From assembly GCF_009914755.1 (NCBI RefSeq), contig NC_060938.1: a stretch of 64,000 nt of DNA; one strand, 5' to 3'. This stretch comes from the human T2T-CHM13v2.0 reference genome, Homo sapiens. Numbering within the stretch: the first letter of the stretch is position 1; every line of letters begins with the position of its first letter. Position numbers and translations under genes: made by a program. The notes under the pieces are model-generated. The model worked only from the letters and a program-made list of their open reading frames with translations, ran no database searches and was not told the DNA's origin. Below are positions 10,200-44,229 of the stretch, in pieces.

Positions 10200-12119
10200 T
10201 TACTGTGGGGGTTGTTGTCCCTGAAAACCCTGAGGAACAAATGGCTGAATCAAGAATGCCCCACTTTGTTGCGGGGCCTGGGGCTGGTCCCTCTTCTCGT
10301 TTCCTGACAATGGTTGCCCATTTTTATCAAATTTAGAACAACATTCCTTAGCCCAGTGTTTTCCTCTTTCACATTTTGGACACAGGCCAGGTGGCTGTTT
10401 ATTTTTGTTCTGTTTATTTAAGACTGGGCAATTCTTTTTTAGATGACCGATTTGACCACAATTATAACATTTTCCCCCAAATGTTTTAACTTGTCCTCCT
10501 AAAGCAACCCCCGTAATTGCTTGAGCCAGTAGCATTGCCTTATGCATAGTTCCTCCAATCCCATCACAAGCCTTCACATATTCTGTAATTACATCAACTC
10601 CTGCTGAAACCTTTCCTCTTAATGGCTTTATGGCCAATTGACATCCTGGATTTGCATTTTGATAACCCATTATTTCTACAACAACTTTTTGGGCGTTATC
10701 ATCTGCAATCGATTTTTGAGCTGCATCTTGCAACCTTGCCACAAAGTCTGGATATGGCTCTTTAGAGCCTTGTCTGATTGAACTAAAAGAAGGGCAGGAG
10801 GTTCCTGGGTCCTGAATCTTTTCCCAGACCCTGAGGCAAATAGCCCTTAATTGTTCAATAGCCTCATTCTGCATTACTGATTGTTGGTTAATAGTGCTCC
10901 AATTTGGACCTGTTTCTGGCAATTGGTCTGCATCTATATTAACAACAGGATTAGTAGCCTGATTTTTCCATACCTGTTCTTGTACTCCGTCAATCCACCA
11001 GGTTTTAAATTGTAGATACTGAGAGGGTGAAAGAGAAGATTTAGCCAAAATTTCCCAATCATAAGGAATAAGTCTATTCCCATTAGCAATGGAATCTAAT
11101 AATGTTCTCATATAAGGAGAGTTGGGTCCATATTGTTTAACTGCCTCCTTCATATCTTTTAACATTTTCATGGTGAAAGATTCATATCTAGCCTCAGTTT
11201 GGACAGACGCTCCTGCTTGACTCCGTTTTCCAGCCGGTATTGGTTGTAAAATTACCAGGAACTGCCCTGCCTCAAGATCTCCCTGTTTTCTGGCTTTATC
11301 AATGATTTTTTGCAGTGCACTATCTTGTCCACTAGGTGGTAGTGTAGGATCAAACACCATCGCCATGGGTTGTTGCTATACTGCCCTGCTATTTGGCACA
11401 GGACACAACACCTGGGATCTATACTGAACCACTGGAGACGGCCGATACTGAAATTCGGCTGATGGCTGGTGTTCATAAACTACTGATGGTTGGGTTTTAT
11501 TTTCTACCGGCTGATATTGTGGATACTGTGTCTGGATTGGCATTTGAGGTTGTAATGTCACAGGCATCTGAACCGTGGGAGAAGGAGTTGTTGGCCATCG
11601 TGGTCTAAACTCTGATGGACCAAATAATTCTGGACCTCCTTCCTCCAATTTTGATGATTTAGGATATATTACCTCCTGTAATTGATTATAGTCAACATTT
11701 TGTGTTGACCGAACCATTGCAGACTCTACTACATTTTTACAATGTGAACTTTCTGTTCCATTCTTGAACTGTCTTCCTACCTCTTCTTCACAAACTATTA
11801 CACAGCTTTCAGGGGCATCAGAAACTGAAATGCTATCTTCTTCTATTTGAAATAGTTCTCAAGTTGCTTTAATAATAGCCCAATCATTCCATGCTGTAAG
11901 TGGGATGATTTTACCTTCCCTACTTGCTTGTTTTAATTCTTTGCTAATTTTTCCCCAGTCTTTTAAATCTAAAGTTCCCTGTTCTGGAAACCATGGGCAG
12001 AATTGTTCTATTGTTTGAAATAGCATAATTAGATTCTCTGTAGAAGCTTAAACTCCCTGTCTTAAGAGAATTTTAATGAAGCTGAGATAAGAGGCATATT
12101 TACTTCCAGTTTGCCCCAT
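10200..12119 (-). pseudogene. gag: HML-2 gag (matrix region disrupted; CA-NC open at 10200-11366)
   Basis: ATG at 12119 gives MGQTGSKYASYLSFIKILL then a stop; the 388-aa ORF has MHR IRQGSKEPYPDFVARL and two CCHC knuckles. Confidence 0.92.
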
Positions 12120-12238
12120 TGTTACCCTGGATTCCTCCAAGTGCACAAGCTTACCGCAAGGCTGACCGTGGATGTACTCGGGAATCTCTTGTTGGCTGTC
12201 CTCAATACTCACTTAGCGTACTTTCACCCTAGAGAAAG

Positions 12239-12256
12239 GCCCCATGTTGGATGCCA
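12239..12256 (-). promoter_or_regulatory. tRNA-Lys primer binding site
   Basis: TGGCATCCAACATGGGGC, 15/18 match to TGGCGCCCAACGTGGGGC, 2 nt from the 5' LTR end. Confidence 0.85.
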
Positions 12257-12258
12257 GA

Positions 12259-12979
12259 TGAAGGGGTGGCCTGCCCCTCCACACCTGTGGGTATTTCTAG
12301 TCAGGTGGGATGAGAGACTGAGAAAGAGAAATAAGACACAGAGACAAAGTATAGAGAAACAACAGTGGGCCGAGGGGACCGGCGCTCAGCATACCAAGGA
12401 CCTGCACCAGCACCGGTCTCTGAGTTCCCTCAGTTTTTATTGATTATTATTGTCATTATTTCAGTAAAAAGGAATGTAGTAGGAGGGCAGGGTGATTATA
12501 AGGAGAAGGTCAGCAACAATCATGTGAGGAATAGAATCTACGTCATAATTAAGTTCAAGGGAAGGTACTATGACTGGACGTGCATGTAAGCCAGATTTAT
12601 GTTTCTCTCCACCCAAACATCTCAGTGGAGTAAAGAATAACAAGGCAGCATTGCTGCAAACATGTCTCGCCTCCCACCATAGGGCGGTTTTTCTCTCATC
12701 TCAGAACTGAACAAATGTACAATCGGGATTTATACTGAGACATTTAGTTCCCAGGGACAGGCAGGAGACAGTGGCCTTCCTCTATCTCAACTGCAAGATG
12801 CTTTCCTCTTTTACTAATCCACCTCAGCACAGACCCTTTATGGGTGTCAGGCTGGGGGACGGTCAGGTCTTTCTCATCCCATGAGGCCATATTTCAGACT
12901 ATCACATGGGGAGAAACCTTGGACAATACCCCGCTTTCAAGGGCAGAGGTCCCTGTAGCTTTCCACAGTACACTGTGCC
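12259..12979 (-). mobile_element. HML-2 5' LTR lacking ~300 bp of distal U3, fused to the LTR12 remnant
   Basis: Colinear with 6903-~7617, then switches at ...cactgtgcc to LTR12 sequence. Confidence 0.9.
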
Positions 12980-14720
12980 ACTGAGCCCACACCCACCCAG
13001 AACTAGCGCTGGCCTGCAAGCACTGTGCACAGCCCCAGTTCCTGCCCATGCTTCTCCCTCCACACCTCCCTGCAAGCTGAGGGAGCCAGCTCTGGTCTTG
13101 GCCAGCCCAGAAAGGGGCTCCCACAGTGCAGCATGGGCTGAAGGGCTCCTCAAGCATGGCCAGAGTGGGTGCCAAGGCCAAGGAGGCGCCGAGAGCGAGC
13201 GAGGGCTGCCAGCACGCTGCCACCTCTCAAAGGGATGGAGGAAGATCTACCAAACAAATGGAAAGCAAAGAAAAGCAGGGATTGCAATCCTGGTCTCTGA
13301 TAAAACAGACATTAAACCAACAAAGATAAAAGGAGACAAAGAAGGCCATCACATAATGGTAAAGGAATCAGTTCAACAGGAAGAGCTAACTATCCTAAAT
13401 ATATATGCACCCAATACAGGAGAACCCAGATTCATAAAGCAAGTTCTTAGAGACCTACAAAGAGGCTTAGACTCCCATACAATAGTAATGGGAGACAGTA
13501 ACACCCCACTGTTAATATTAGACAGAAAACATGACAAAATTAATAAGGATGTCCAGGACTTGAACTCAGCTCTAGACCAAGTAGGCCTAATACACATCTA
13601 CAGAACTCTCCACCCCAAGTCAACACAATATACATTCTTCTCAGCACCACATCACACTTATTCTAAAATTGACCACATAATTGGAAGTAAAACACTCCTC
13701 AGCAAATGCCAAAGAACAGCAATCACAACAAACTGTCTCCCAGACCACAGTGCAATCAAATTAGAACTCAGGACTGAAAAACTCACTCAAAACTGCACAA
13801 CTACATGGAAACTGAACAACCTGCTCCTGAATGACTACTAGGTAAATAACAAACTGAAGGCAGAAATAAACATGGTCTTTGAAACCAATGAGAACAAAGA
13901 CACAGTGTAGCAGAATCTCTGGGACACATTTAAAACAGTGTGTAGAGGGATATTTACAGCACTGAATACCCACAAGAGAAAGCAGGAAAGATCTAAAATC
14001 AACACCCTAACCTCAAAATTAAAAGAACTAGAGAAGCAAGAGCAAACAAATTCAAAAGCTAGCAGAAGACAACAAATAATGATGATCAGAGCAGAACTGA
14101 AGGTGATAGAGACATTAAAAAAAAAACCTTCAAAGGATCAATGAATCCAGGAGCTGGATTTTTGAAAAGATCAACAAAATGGACTGCTAGCAAGACTAAT
14201 AAGGAAGAAAAGAGAGAAGAGTCAAATAGACACAATAAAAAATCATAAAGGGGATATCACCAGTGATCCCACAGAAATACACACTACCATCAGAGAATAC
14301 TATAAACACCTCTATGCAAATAAACTAGAAAACCTAGAAGAATTGGATAAATTCTTGGACACATACACCTTCTGCAGACTAAATCAGGACGAAGTTGAAT
14401 TGCTGAATAGACCAATAACAGCTTCTGAAATTGAGGCAATAATTAATAGCCTACCAAACCAAAAAAGTCCAGGACCAGATGGATTCATAGCCGAATTCTA
14501 CCAGAGGTACAAAGAGGAGCTGGTACTATTCCTTCTGAAACTATACCGATCAATAGAAAAAGAAAGAATCCTCCCTAACTCATTTTATAATGCCAGAATC
14601 ATCCGGATATCAAAGCTTGGCAGAGACACAACAAAACAAAGAAAATTTTAGGCCAGTATCCCTGATGAACATCAATGCAAAAATCCTCAATAAAATACTG
14701 GCAAACCGAATCCAGCATAA

Positions 14721-14998
<278 letters not shown>

Positions 14999-17241
14999 TG
15001 AGTGAAGTCCCATTCACAATTGCTACAAAGAGAATAAAATACCTAGAAATCCAACTTACAAGGGATGTGAAGGACCTCTTCAAGGAAAACTACAAACCAC
15101 TGCTCAAGGAAATAAGTGAGGACACAAACAAATGGAAGAATATTGCATGCTCATCGATAGGAAGACTCAATATCATGAAAATGGCCATATTGCCCAAAGT
15201 AAATTATAGACTCAATGCTATCCCCATCAAGCTACCACTGACTTTCCTCACAGAATTGGAAAAAACTACTTTAAATTTCATATGGAACCAAAAAAGAGCC
15301 AGTATAGCCAAGGAAATCATAAGCAAAAAGAACAAAGCTGGAGGCGTCACACTACCTGACTTCAAACTATACTGCAAGGCTACAGTAACCAAAACAGCAT
15401 GGTACCGGTACCAAAACATATCTAGACCAATGGAACAGAACAGAGGCCTCAGAAATAATGGAACAGAACAGAAGCCTCAGAAATAACACCACACATCTTC
15501 AACCATCTGCTCTTTGACAAACCTGACAGAAACAAGCAATGGGGAAAGGATTCCCTATTTAATAAATGGTGCTGGGAAAACTAGCTAGCCATATGTAGAA
15601 AGCTGAAACTGCATGCGTTCCTTACACCTTATACTAAAATTAACTCAAGATGGATTAAAGCCTTAAATGTAAGACCTAAAACCATAAAAACCCTAGAAGA
15701 AAACCTAGACAGTACCATTCAGGACATAGGCATGGGCAAAGACTTCATGATAAAAACACCAAAAGTAATGGCAACAAAAGCCAAAATAGACTAATGGGAT
15801 CTACCTAAACTAAAGAGCTTCTGCACAGCAAAAGAAACTATCATCAGAGTGAAAAGGCAACCTACAGAATAGGAGAAAATTCTTGCAATCTATCCATCTG
15901 ACAAAGGTCTAATATTCAGAATCTACAAAGAACTTAAATAAATTTACAAGAAAAAAAATAACCCCATCAAAAAGTGGGTAAAAAGTATGAACAGAAACTT
16001 CTCAAAAGAAGACATTTACACAGCCAACAGACATATGAATAAATGCTCATCATCACTGGTCATCAGAGAAATGCAAAGCAAAACCACAATGAGATACCAT
16101 CTCACAACACTTAGAATGGCAACATTAAAAAGTCAGGAAACAATAGAAGCTGGAGAGGATGTGGAGAAATAGGAAGGCTTTTAGACTGTTGGTGGGAGTG
16201 TAAATTAGTTCAACCATTGTGGAAGACACTGTGGCCATTCCTCAAGGATCTAGAACCAGAAATACCAATTGATCCAGCAACCCCATTACTGGATATCTAC
16301 CCAAAGGATCATAAATCATTCTACTATAAAGACACATACACACATATGTTTATTGCAGCACTGTTCACAATAGCAAAAACTTGGAACCAACCCAAATGCC
16401 CATCAATGATAGACTGGATAAAGGAAATGTGGCACATGTATACCATGGAATACTATGCAGCCATAAAAAAGGATGAGTTCGTGTCCTTTGCAGGGACATG
16501 GATGAAGCTGGAAATCATCACTTTCAGCAAAATATCACAAGGACAGAAAACCAAACGCTGCATCTTCTCACTCATAAGTGGAAGTGGAACAAGGAGAACA
16601 CATGGAAACAGAGAGGGGATCATCACACACCAGGGTCTGTTGGGGGCTGGGGGGCTGGGAGAGGGATAGCATTAGGAGAAATACCTAATGTAAATGACGA
16701 GTTGATGGATCCAGCAAACCAACCTGATACATGTATACCTATGTAAAAAACCTGCACGTTGTGCACATGTGCCCTAGAACTCAAAGTATAATAATAAAAA
16801 AAGAAATTCTAGATAGAGCAATATCTCACAAAATTAATAATCCATTCCATTTAAATAGACTATATCAGTCAGCCTCTGGCACCTACAAATCCATTCACTG
16901 TTTTCTTTTCTGGGTTCTTTTTTAAGTAAATAATTGGCTTACATTTAAAATTTAAATATTTCCTATTGCCATCTGGATTTCTAGCTTCTGTTTAAATACC
17001 CCAAGGGCTGGCAGTGCTGAGCCAGCATTCTCAATGACAAACATGAGTGGAACTGGGTGTGCCTCAGATCTGCAAGTTGCAGTTCTGCAAGTTGGCCACT
17101 GCGACCTAAAGTGTGTTACCATTTTATCACTGAGCTTAAGCCACCACCAAAGTTTAAGCCATTCTATATACTATGCATAAGGGAGTAGAGCAGCAGGTAA
17201 ATTCACTTTACGGGGAAAAATTCATCAAAACTGCTTAAATC

Positions 17242-17807
17242 TGTGAAAATAAATAAAATTTAAAAGCTGTGGGAACCCCCAAAATCACTTTAAGCCTTGA
17301 GACGTGACTGTGATCTGAGTCGTATGTGGTTATAACTTCTGTTCTCAAATTATAGATGAACTAGCTTTCTTATTTTTCTTCTTCTGTACAATGACTAGAG
17401 AGAATTAAATGACATCATGGAAAAAAACCTCTGGCCTTCTTAATTAATGACCCTTGTTGTATATTAATTTCCCATTGTTGTCCTGCTTTGCTTAGACCAG
17501 ATGACAAAAACCCACAATTATTGCACCCTCTAAAAAACATGTTAATTGTATCCTTCCCAAAAATAAACACTGCGTATAACTGATCAAATGGCTGTAACTA
17601 TGTGCCAACCTTGTACAAATAATGTTATAATTTTGCTAAACACTCCTCTCTCTCTGGATATAAAATTGAAACCTTAACTTCTCCACTTCAGAATGCTGAC
17701 TGCATTCCTTTGGATTTGATGTTTCCAGATGGTCCATCCTCACACTTTGCACTTCAATAAACACTCCTTAAATTCAATTCTCACCCTTTTATTATTTTAG
17801 GTTGACA
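17242..17807 (+). mobile_element. ERV1-class solo LTR (MER4-group-like; subfamily uncertain)
   Basis: TG...CA termini, 4-bp TSD aatc (17238-17241, 17808-17811), TATA-like element and AATAAA in order. Confidence 0.75.
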
Positions 17808-18111
17808 AATCTTTTTTAAGGTAATTTGACCATCATAGCCATCAATTTAAAACTTTGGCCCAGCGTACAAATGTATTTGTACCAAACACACAAAAATACA
17901 TATTCATCCAGTGTTGTTCACCATAGCATTGTTTGAAATAGCAAAACACTGGAAGCTACTTAAATATCCATCAGTAGGAGACTAGCTAAATAAATTATGG
18001 AATAGCCACACAATAGAATACTGTACAGCTATTTTATAAAAGAAGAGAGAGAATAAAGTAGGTCTATTATGTACCACTCATTAGCCAAGAATGTATTTTA
18101 AAAAATAAAAA

Positions 18112-23750
<5,639 letters not shown>

Positions 23751-24203
23751 GAAATTAAAAAGAGTTGGAGCATAGAAGAAAGAAAAGAAATGCAATTTGA
23801 AGGGCAGTATGTGCAGTGTAATCTCATTTGTGGAAACAATTTTTAAAAGAAAAATGCATGTAAATGTATAGGAAACTTCTGGAAAGATACACAAAGCCAA
23901 GAGCTGTATGGGAAGAAGGTAAAAGAACCATAGGGAAGAGTTACCTTTTACTTTTCACATAACTTTCTTTCCCTTTTTAAAATAATAAGCATGTTTTATT
24001 TTTATAATTTAATGAACAGATGTGTTGATTTGAAAAACACACTGATCCTGAAAGTTAAAATTCCAATTCAGAGAAAATTGATTTCTATGAAAAGTATCAA
24101 TCCCCCAACAATGTCATCAAAATGAAGTGTAGCTATACAACACAGACAGTGGTTGAGGTTGTCATCACTCACTCGACTTTCACATATAGAATTTAAAACA
24201 CCC

Positions 24204-24518
<315 letters not shown>

Positions 24519-24524
24519 TTAAAA

Positions 24525-24949
24525 TGCCACAGTCCTTGGTGGACTGAACAAAAGAAGATTAACATGGTAATAAAGACAAATGAGTACATATGGAAGAAGG
24601 GGTCAGGGGGCTCATTTCTTCTAGGGAACAAGGGCCCTGAGCTTCTATACCCCTTCGTATTTACTGAGTAAAGGAGATAGGGAGAAAGGGGTGGTTGTCA
24701 GTAAGCTGCTTGACTTAGTGTAGGCTTGTATGACTGCATTCTTTGAACAGTAGTCTCCAGAGGTTCCAGTAGATAACCTCAAGGAGCACAGCACCAGGGA
24801 GTAATTGCCCTCAGCAAACCTCCTGGTGGCAGGTGCAGAAGCGAGTTTGCCCACATTTTGCAATCATGATAAACAGTTGGCTGTTTGATCATATAGCCTT
24901 CAGTGGAATGCTGAGTTGGTCACGACCCTCAGGCCTTTGGCTCCCTACA
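24525..24949 (-). mobile_element. LTR3-like (HERV-K HML-6) solo LTR
   Basis: Minus strand tgtagggagccaaaggcc...gtgaccaactcagcattccactg...tgtggca; 6-bp TSD ttaaaa at 24519-24524 and 24950-24955. Confidence 0.82.
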
Positions 24950-25290
24950 TTAAAACACCCATTTCACCAGATTAAAAATATTCAATAAAATTTCTAAAAA
25001 GCACTTAACACTTGCCAGCACTTACTAAGGAAGTGCTCAATAAATGCTGTTAACACTCTTACTATTATTTCTCTGCTTGGCAGTTGTCCTAATCCCACAC
25101 CAGCCCTTCCACATAGCCTAATCCTGACTTGTGTCAGTGATGCATGACTCAACAGTGAATCTGGGACAGCTATTGCAAAATGCAAGACTTAAAATCCATC
25201 CCAGATGAATTCTCTTCTGGACCGCAGGCAGCCCTTGAAAAGGATGAGAGTAGAGCCCTCAATCATGGAGGCATTTGTCCCTCAAGATAG

Positions 25291-25846
<556 letters not shown>

Positions 25847-25956
25847 AAGATTTCCTGTTCTTATCTCCAATAAGCCAGCTTGATGAGGAGTAGCGCTAGA
25901 GATTCCCATACTTCTTGACTTCCTTCTATCCTTTTCTGCTCACAGGCCCCCTGTGA

Positions 25957-26230
25957 GAACACTGCATGTTCTCACTCATAGGTGGGAATTGAACAATGAG
26001 AACACTTGGACACAGGGTGGGGAACATCACACACTGGGGCCTGTCGTGGGGTGCAGGCATGGGGAAGGGATAGCATTAGGAGGAATACCGAATGTAAATG
26101 ATGAGTTAACGGGTGCAGCACACCAACATGGCACATGTGTACATATGTAAAAAACCTGCACGTTGTACACGTGCACCCTAGAACTTAAAGTATAATAAAA
26201 AAAAAAAAAGAAAGAAAGAAAGAAAAAGAA
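25957..26230 (+). mobile_element. 5'-truncated L1PA 3' end
   Basis: catgttctcactcataggtgggaattgaacaatgag...aaagtataataaaaaa plus (AAAG)n. Confidence 0.88.
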
Positions 26231-26747
26231 ATAGTGCTGGAGGCCAAATAGCAACCCTGCCCACACAAGGAAGGGCCATGTGTTGTTCACCAAGCTCCCA
26301 AGCCACAATTCTCTTTTCCCAGAATCCTTTGCTCTTTGAAGTGTGGTCTTCCTCACTTTCCTGGAACCCTCAGCCCCTCAGTGGGCCCGTCTACCTCTGA
26401 AGAGAAGAGGAAGAGAGATCAAATACCCCCCTGGAGGCTTGTCCCTTTGAACCAAGCCCTGAGAACAGCAGTCCTCCTGTGTACCCTCCCCCCAGCCCCA
26501 CACAGATGGAGAGCCCTGGGAAGGGTTCCCACAGTGCATGAGCTCCAAACAGTGCAAGAGCACAAGGAGTGTGGCGCTTCCAGCCTCTGTCAATAATTCA
26601 TGAGGCTCAGACTGAGGAGCACCAGTCAGAGTCAGCTTTGCCTGGACATGGGGAAAATTATACTGAAGCTCTCCTGTCTCATCGGGATGTGCTGAGTAGC
26701 AAAGCAGAGTGCTGCAGCTGTAACTTCTTGGCTGAGGAAAACACTAG

Positions 26748-27110
<363 letters not shown>

Positions 27111-28319
27111 GAATGTCCAAATCCTTTTTCAGCTGCTCAGCTGACCTGCACATATACTAAATGAATCTTGAGCAAACATGAATTCTATTCAAAAGTCATG
27201 CCTAGAACTGGATTTCACAAACCAGGATTCTTTCCCCTCTAATTGTAGGGACTGGCATAAGGCTGCCAAACTGGTGATTTCACCAATAACACATCTCTAA
27301 ACCTACCCATCTGCTTTCATCATCTTTTCTGAAACAAAACACTAACACACACACACACAAAAAGAAGGAAAGGTATACTCCACAATAAAGGACTGTTAAA
27401 TAAGCTTAGCTTTATGAAACTCACTGTAATTGTTTCCTTTTCTCATTTTGCTTTGAACTAGTGAAAACGCTGCCATGAACCAGCACTGCTTCTCAGTCTG
27501 GCTTTGGAGGCCAGTGGGTTAAACTAATTCAGATACTTACCTTTGGGTCTGTTGCGGCCTTTCTACACTGTACCATAAGCCATCCATATTTATTCATTCT
27601 CCCGGAAACCCAGGAGGGAGATCATTTCAGCCCACTTGGCAGAAGTGGAGACTGAAGTCTTGGACACAGAATTTATAGCTGGCAAGGACTTTATTCATCA
27701 TCCATACCCTCAGTAATTTACAGATGAAGAGTCTGGCCCAGGGCACCAATAATAATCACTACATGGTGGCAGTAACTACTATGTGCTTAGTAGCTTACAG
27801 TTCATAAAGAGATTTTGCATTCAACAAATATTTATTGAACTAGGATAGAGGCTAAGACCTGGGGACAGAGTGGTTAGGGAGAACTTGAGTGCCCCGAGTT
27901 CTTTGCATTTCCACCACTGCTTGAGGGACTGTCCAGCCTCCTCGCTACCACTTAGCCCCTGTAAAGGAGGAAGTCCCTTTGGCGAGGGATATGAGATCCT
28001 GTTTGGCCAATGATCATTGTCTGCAACATGGAGACCTTGGGCAGAGGGAAGGGCAGTGCCAGGCCTGGTGCAGCTACTCCCTATCACGTCTCTCTCCCAG
28101 GCTGCTCCAGCCTCACCTGGTGGACTCCATGGGGACCACAGGCCTCACCTCCATGGGCAGTCTCAAAACATTTGCCCTCCTGTGGGCTGTCACATACATA
28201 GACCCAGACTTTCTTGGAGAAGGAATTCTGAAGAAGCAAAAGCAACCAACTCAAAACCCCCACTTCCCCAAGAAGAAAACGTGGACAAGCAGATGCAGAA
28301 GGGCAGCAGCCAAAGTCTG

Positions 28320-28611
28320 CGGGTTCCTGCGGGGGCCAGGGGAGGGGCGAGCCCTACAGGCAACTTGAACGGAGAGCGCTTTGATCACTCACCAGCCCGG
28401 GAAGGCAAGCCCCAGTCAGGCGGAAGGTAGCTGGCTGCGGGGCGGGGCGACTGGCGGGCGGCGGGAGACGCCAACCGCCACAGACGACTCCCAGCTGGCC
28501 GAGGGCGGGAAGGGGGCAGGCAGGGAAGCGGCCCGCCCTTCGTCCTGCCCCTTCGCCCTACTCTGTCACCTCCGCTGGAAGGAGTGGAACCCAGACTTGC
28601 TGGTCTGATCC
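28320..28611 (+). promoter_or_regulatory. GC-box/CpG promoter and 5' UTR of DHRS4L2
   Basis: GGGGCGGGGC and other Sp1-type boxes, CpG-rich, directly upstream of the ATG. Confidence 0.75.
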
Positions 28612-43669
<15,058 letters not shown>

Positions 43670-44041
43670 GGACCGGGAGACAGCCCACAGGCCAGAGTTG
43701 GGCTCTAGCTCCTGGTGCTGTTCCCGCATTCACCCACTGGCCTTTCCCACCTCTGCTCACCTTACTGTTCACCTCATAAAATCAGTTCTGCCCTGTGAAA
43801 AGATCCAGCCTTCCCTGCCGTCAAGGTGGCGTCTTACTCGGGATTTCTGCTGTTGTTGTGGCCTTGGGTAAAGGCCTCCCCTGAGAACACAGGACAGGCC
43901 TGCTGACAAGGCTGAGTCTACCTTGGCAAAGACCAAGATATTTTTTCCCGGGCCACTGGGGAATCTGAGGGGTGATGGGAGAGAAGGAACCTGGAGTGGA
44001 AGGAGCAGAGTTGCAAATTAACAACTTGCAAATGAGGTGCA

Positions 44042-44047
44042 AATAAA
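44042..44047 (+). terminator. Polyadenylation signal of DHRS4L2
   Basis: AATAAA, paralogous to 3580-3585. Confidence 0.72.
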
Positions 44048-44229
44048 ATGCAGATGATTGCGCGGCTTTGAATCCAATTGACCTGTTCATTTCTCAGTGT
44101 TGGGTGCTTAGCTGAGCAGAGAGCAGAAGTCTATTCAGGCTGGATCTCTGGATCCCCCAGCCCTCCTCCCTGTCTCCAGAACTTGAGCGTGATGTTCACG
44201 GGTGGAGGTGTCTGCAGAGCTGCCAGCTG

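Larger units (their letters stand above)
6903..12979 (-). mobile_element. HERV-K (HML-2) provirus with older LTR5A/B-type LTRs, internally deleted
   Basis: 3' LTR 6903-7927, PPT, env tail, RT fragment with YVDD, pro, gag, Lys PBS, truncated 5' LTR 12259-12979. Confidence 0.95.
6456..13229 (-). mobile_element. LTR12 (ERV9) solo LTR, split by the HERV-K insertion (pieces 6456-6902 and ~12980-13229)
   Basis: Termini tgtgtctggaattggtgggttcttgg... and ...gcacgctgccacctctca; internal gtgagtgttacagct repeats; 4-bp TSD aagg at 6452-6455 and 13230-13233 within L1 ORF2. Confidence 0.92.

Noticed and set aside
12906-13841. 311-aa ORF fusing antisense LTR5, antisense LTR12 and L1 endonuclease
   Set aside because: Chance join across insertion junctions. 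The N-terminal EN catalytic region is displaced by LTR12, motifs are altered (GDSN, PDH), and the fusion frame is not kept in the duplicate.
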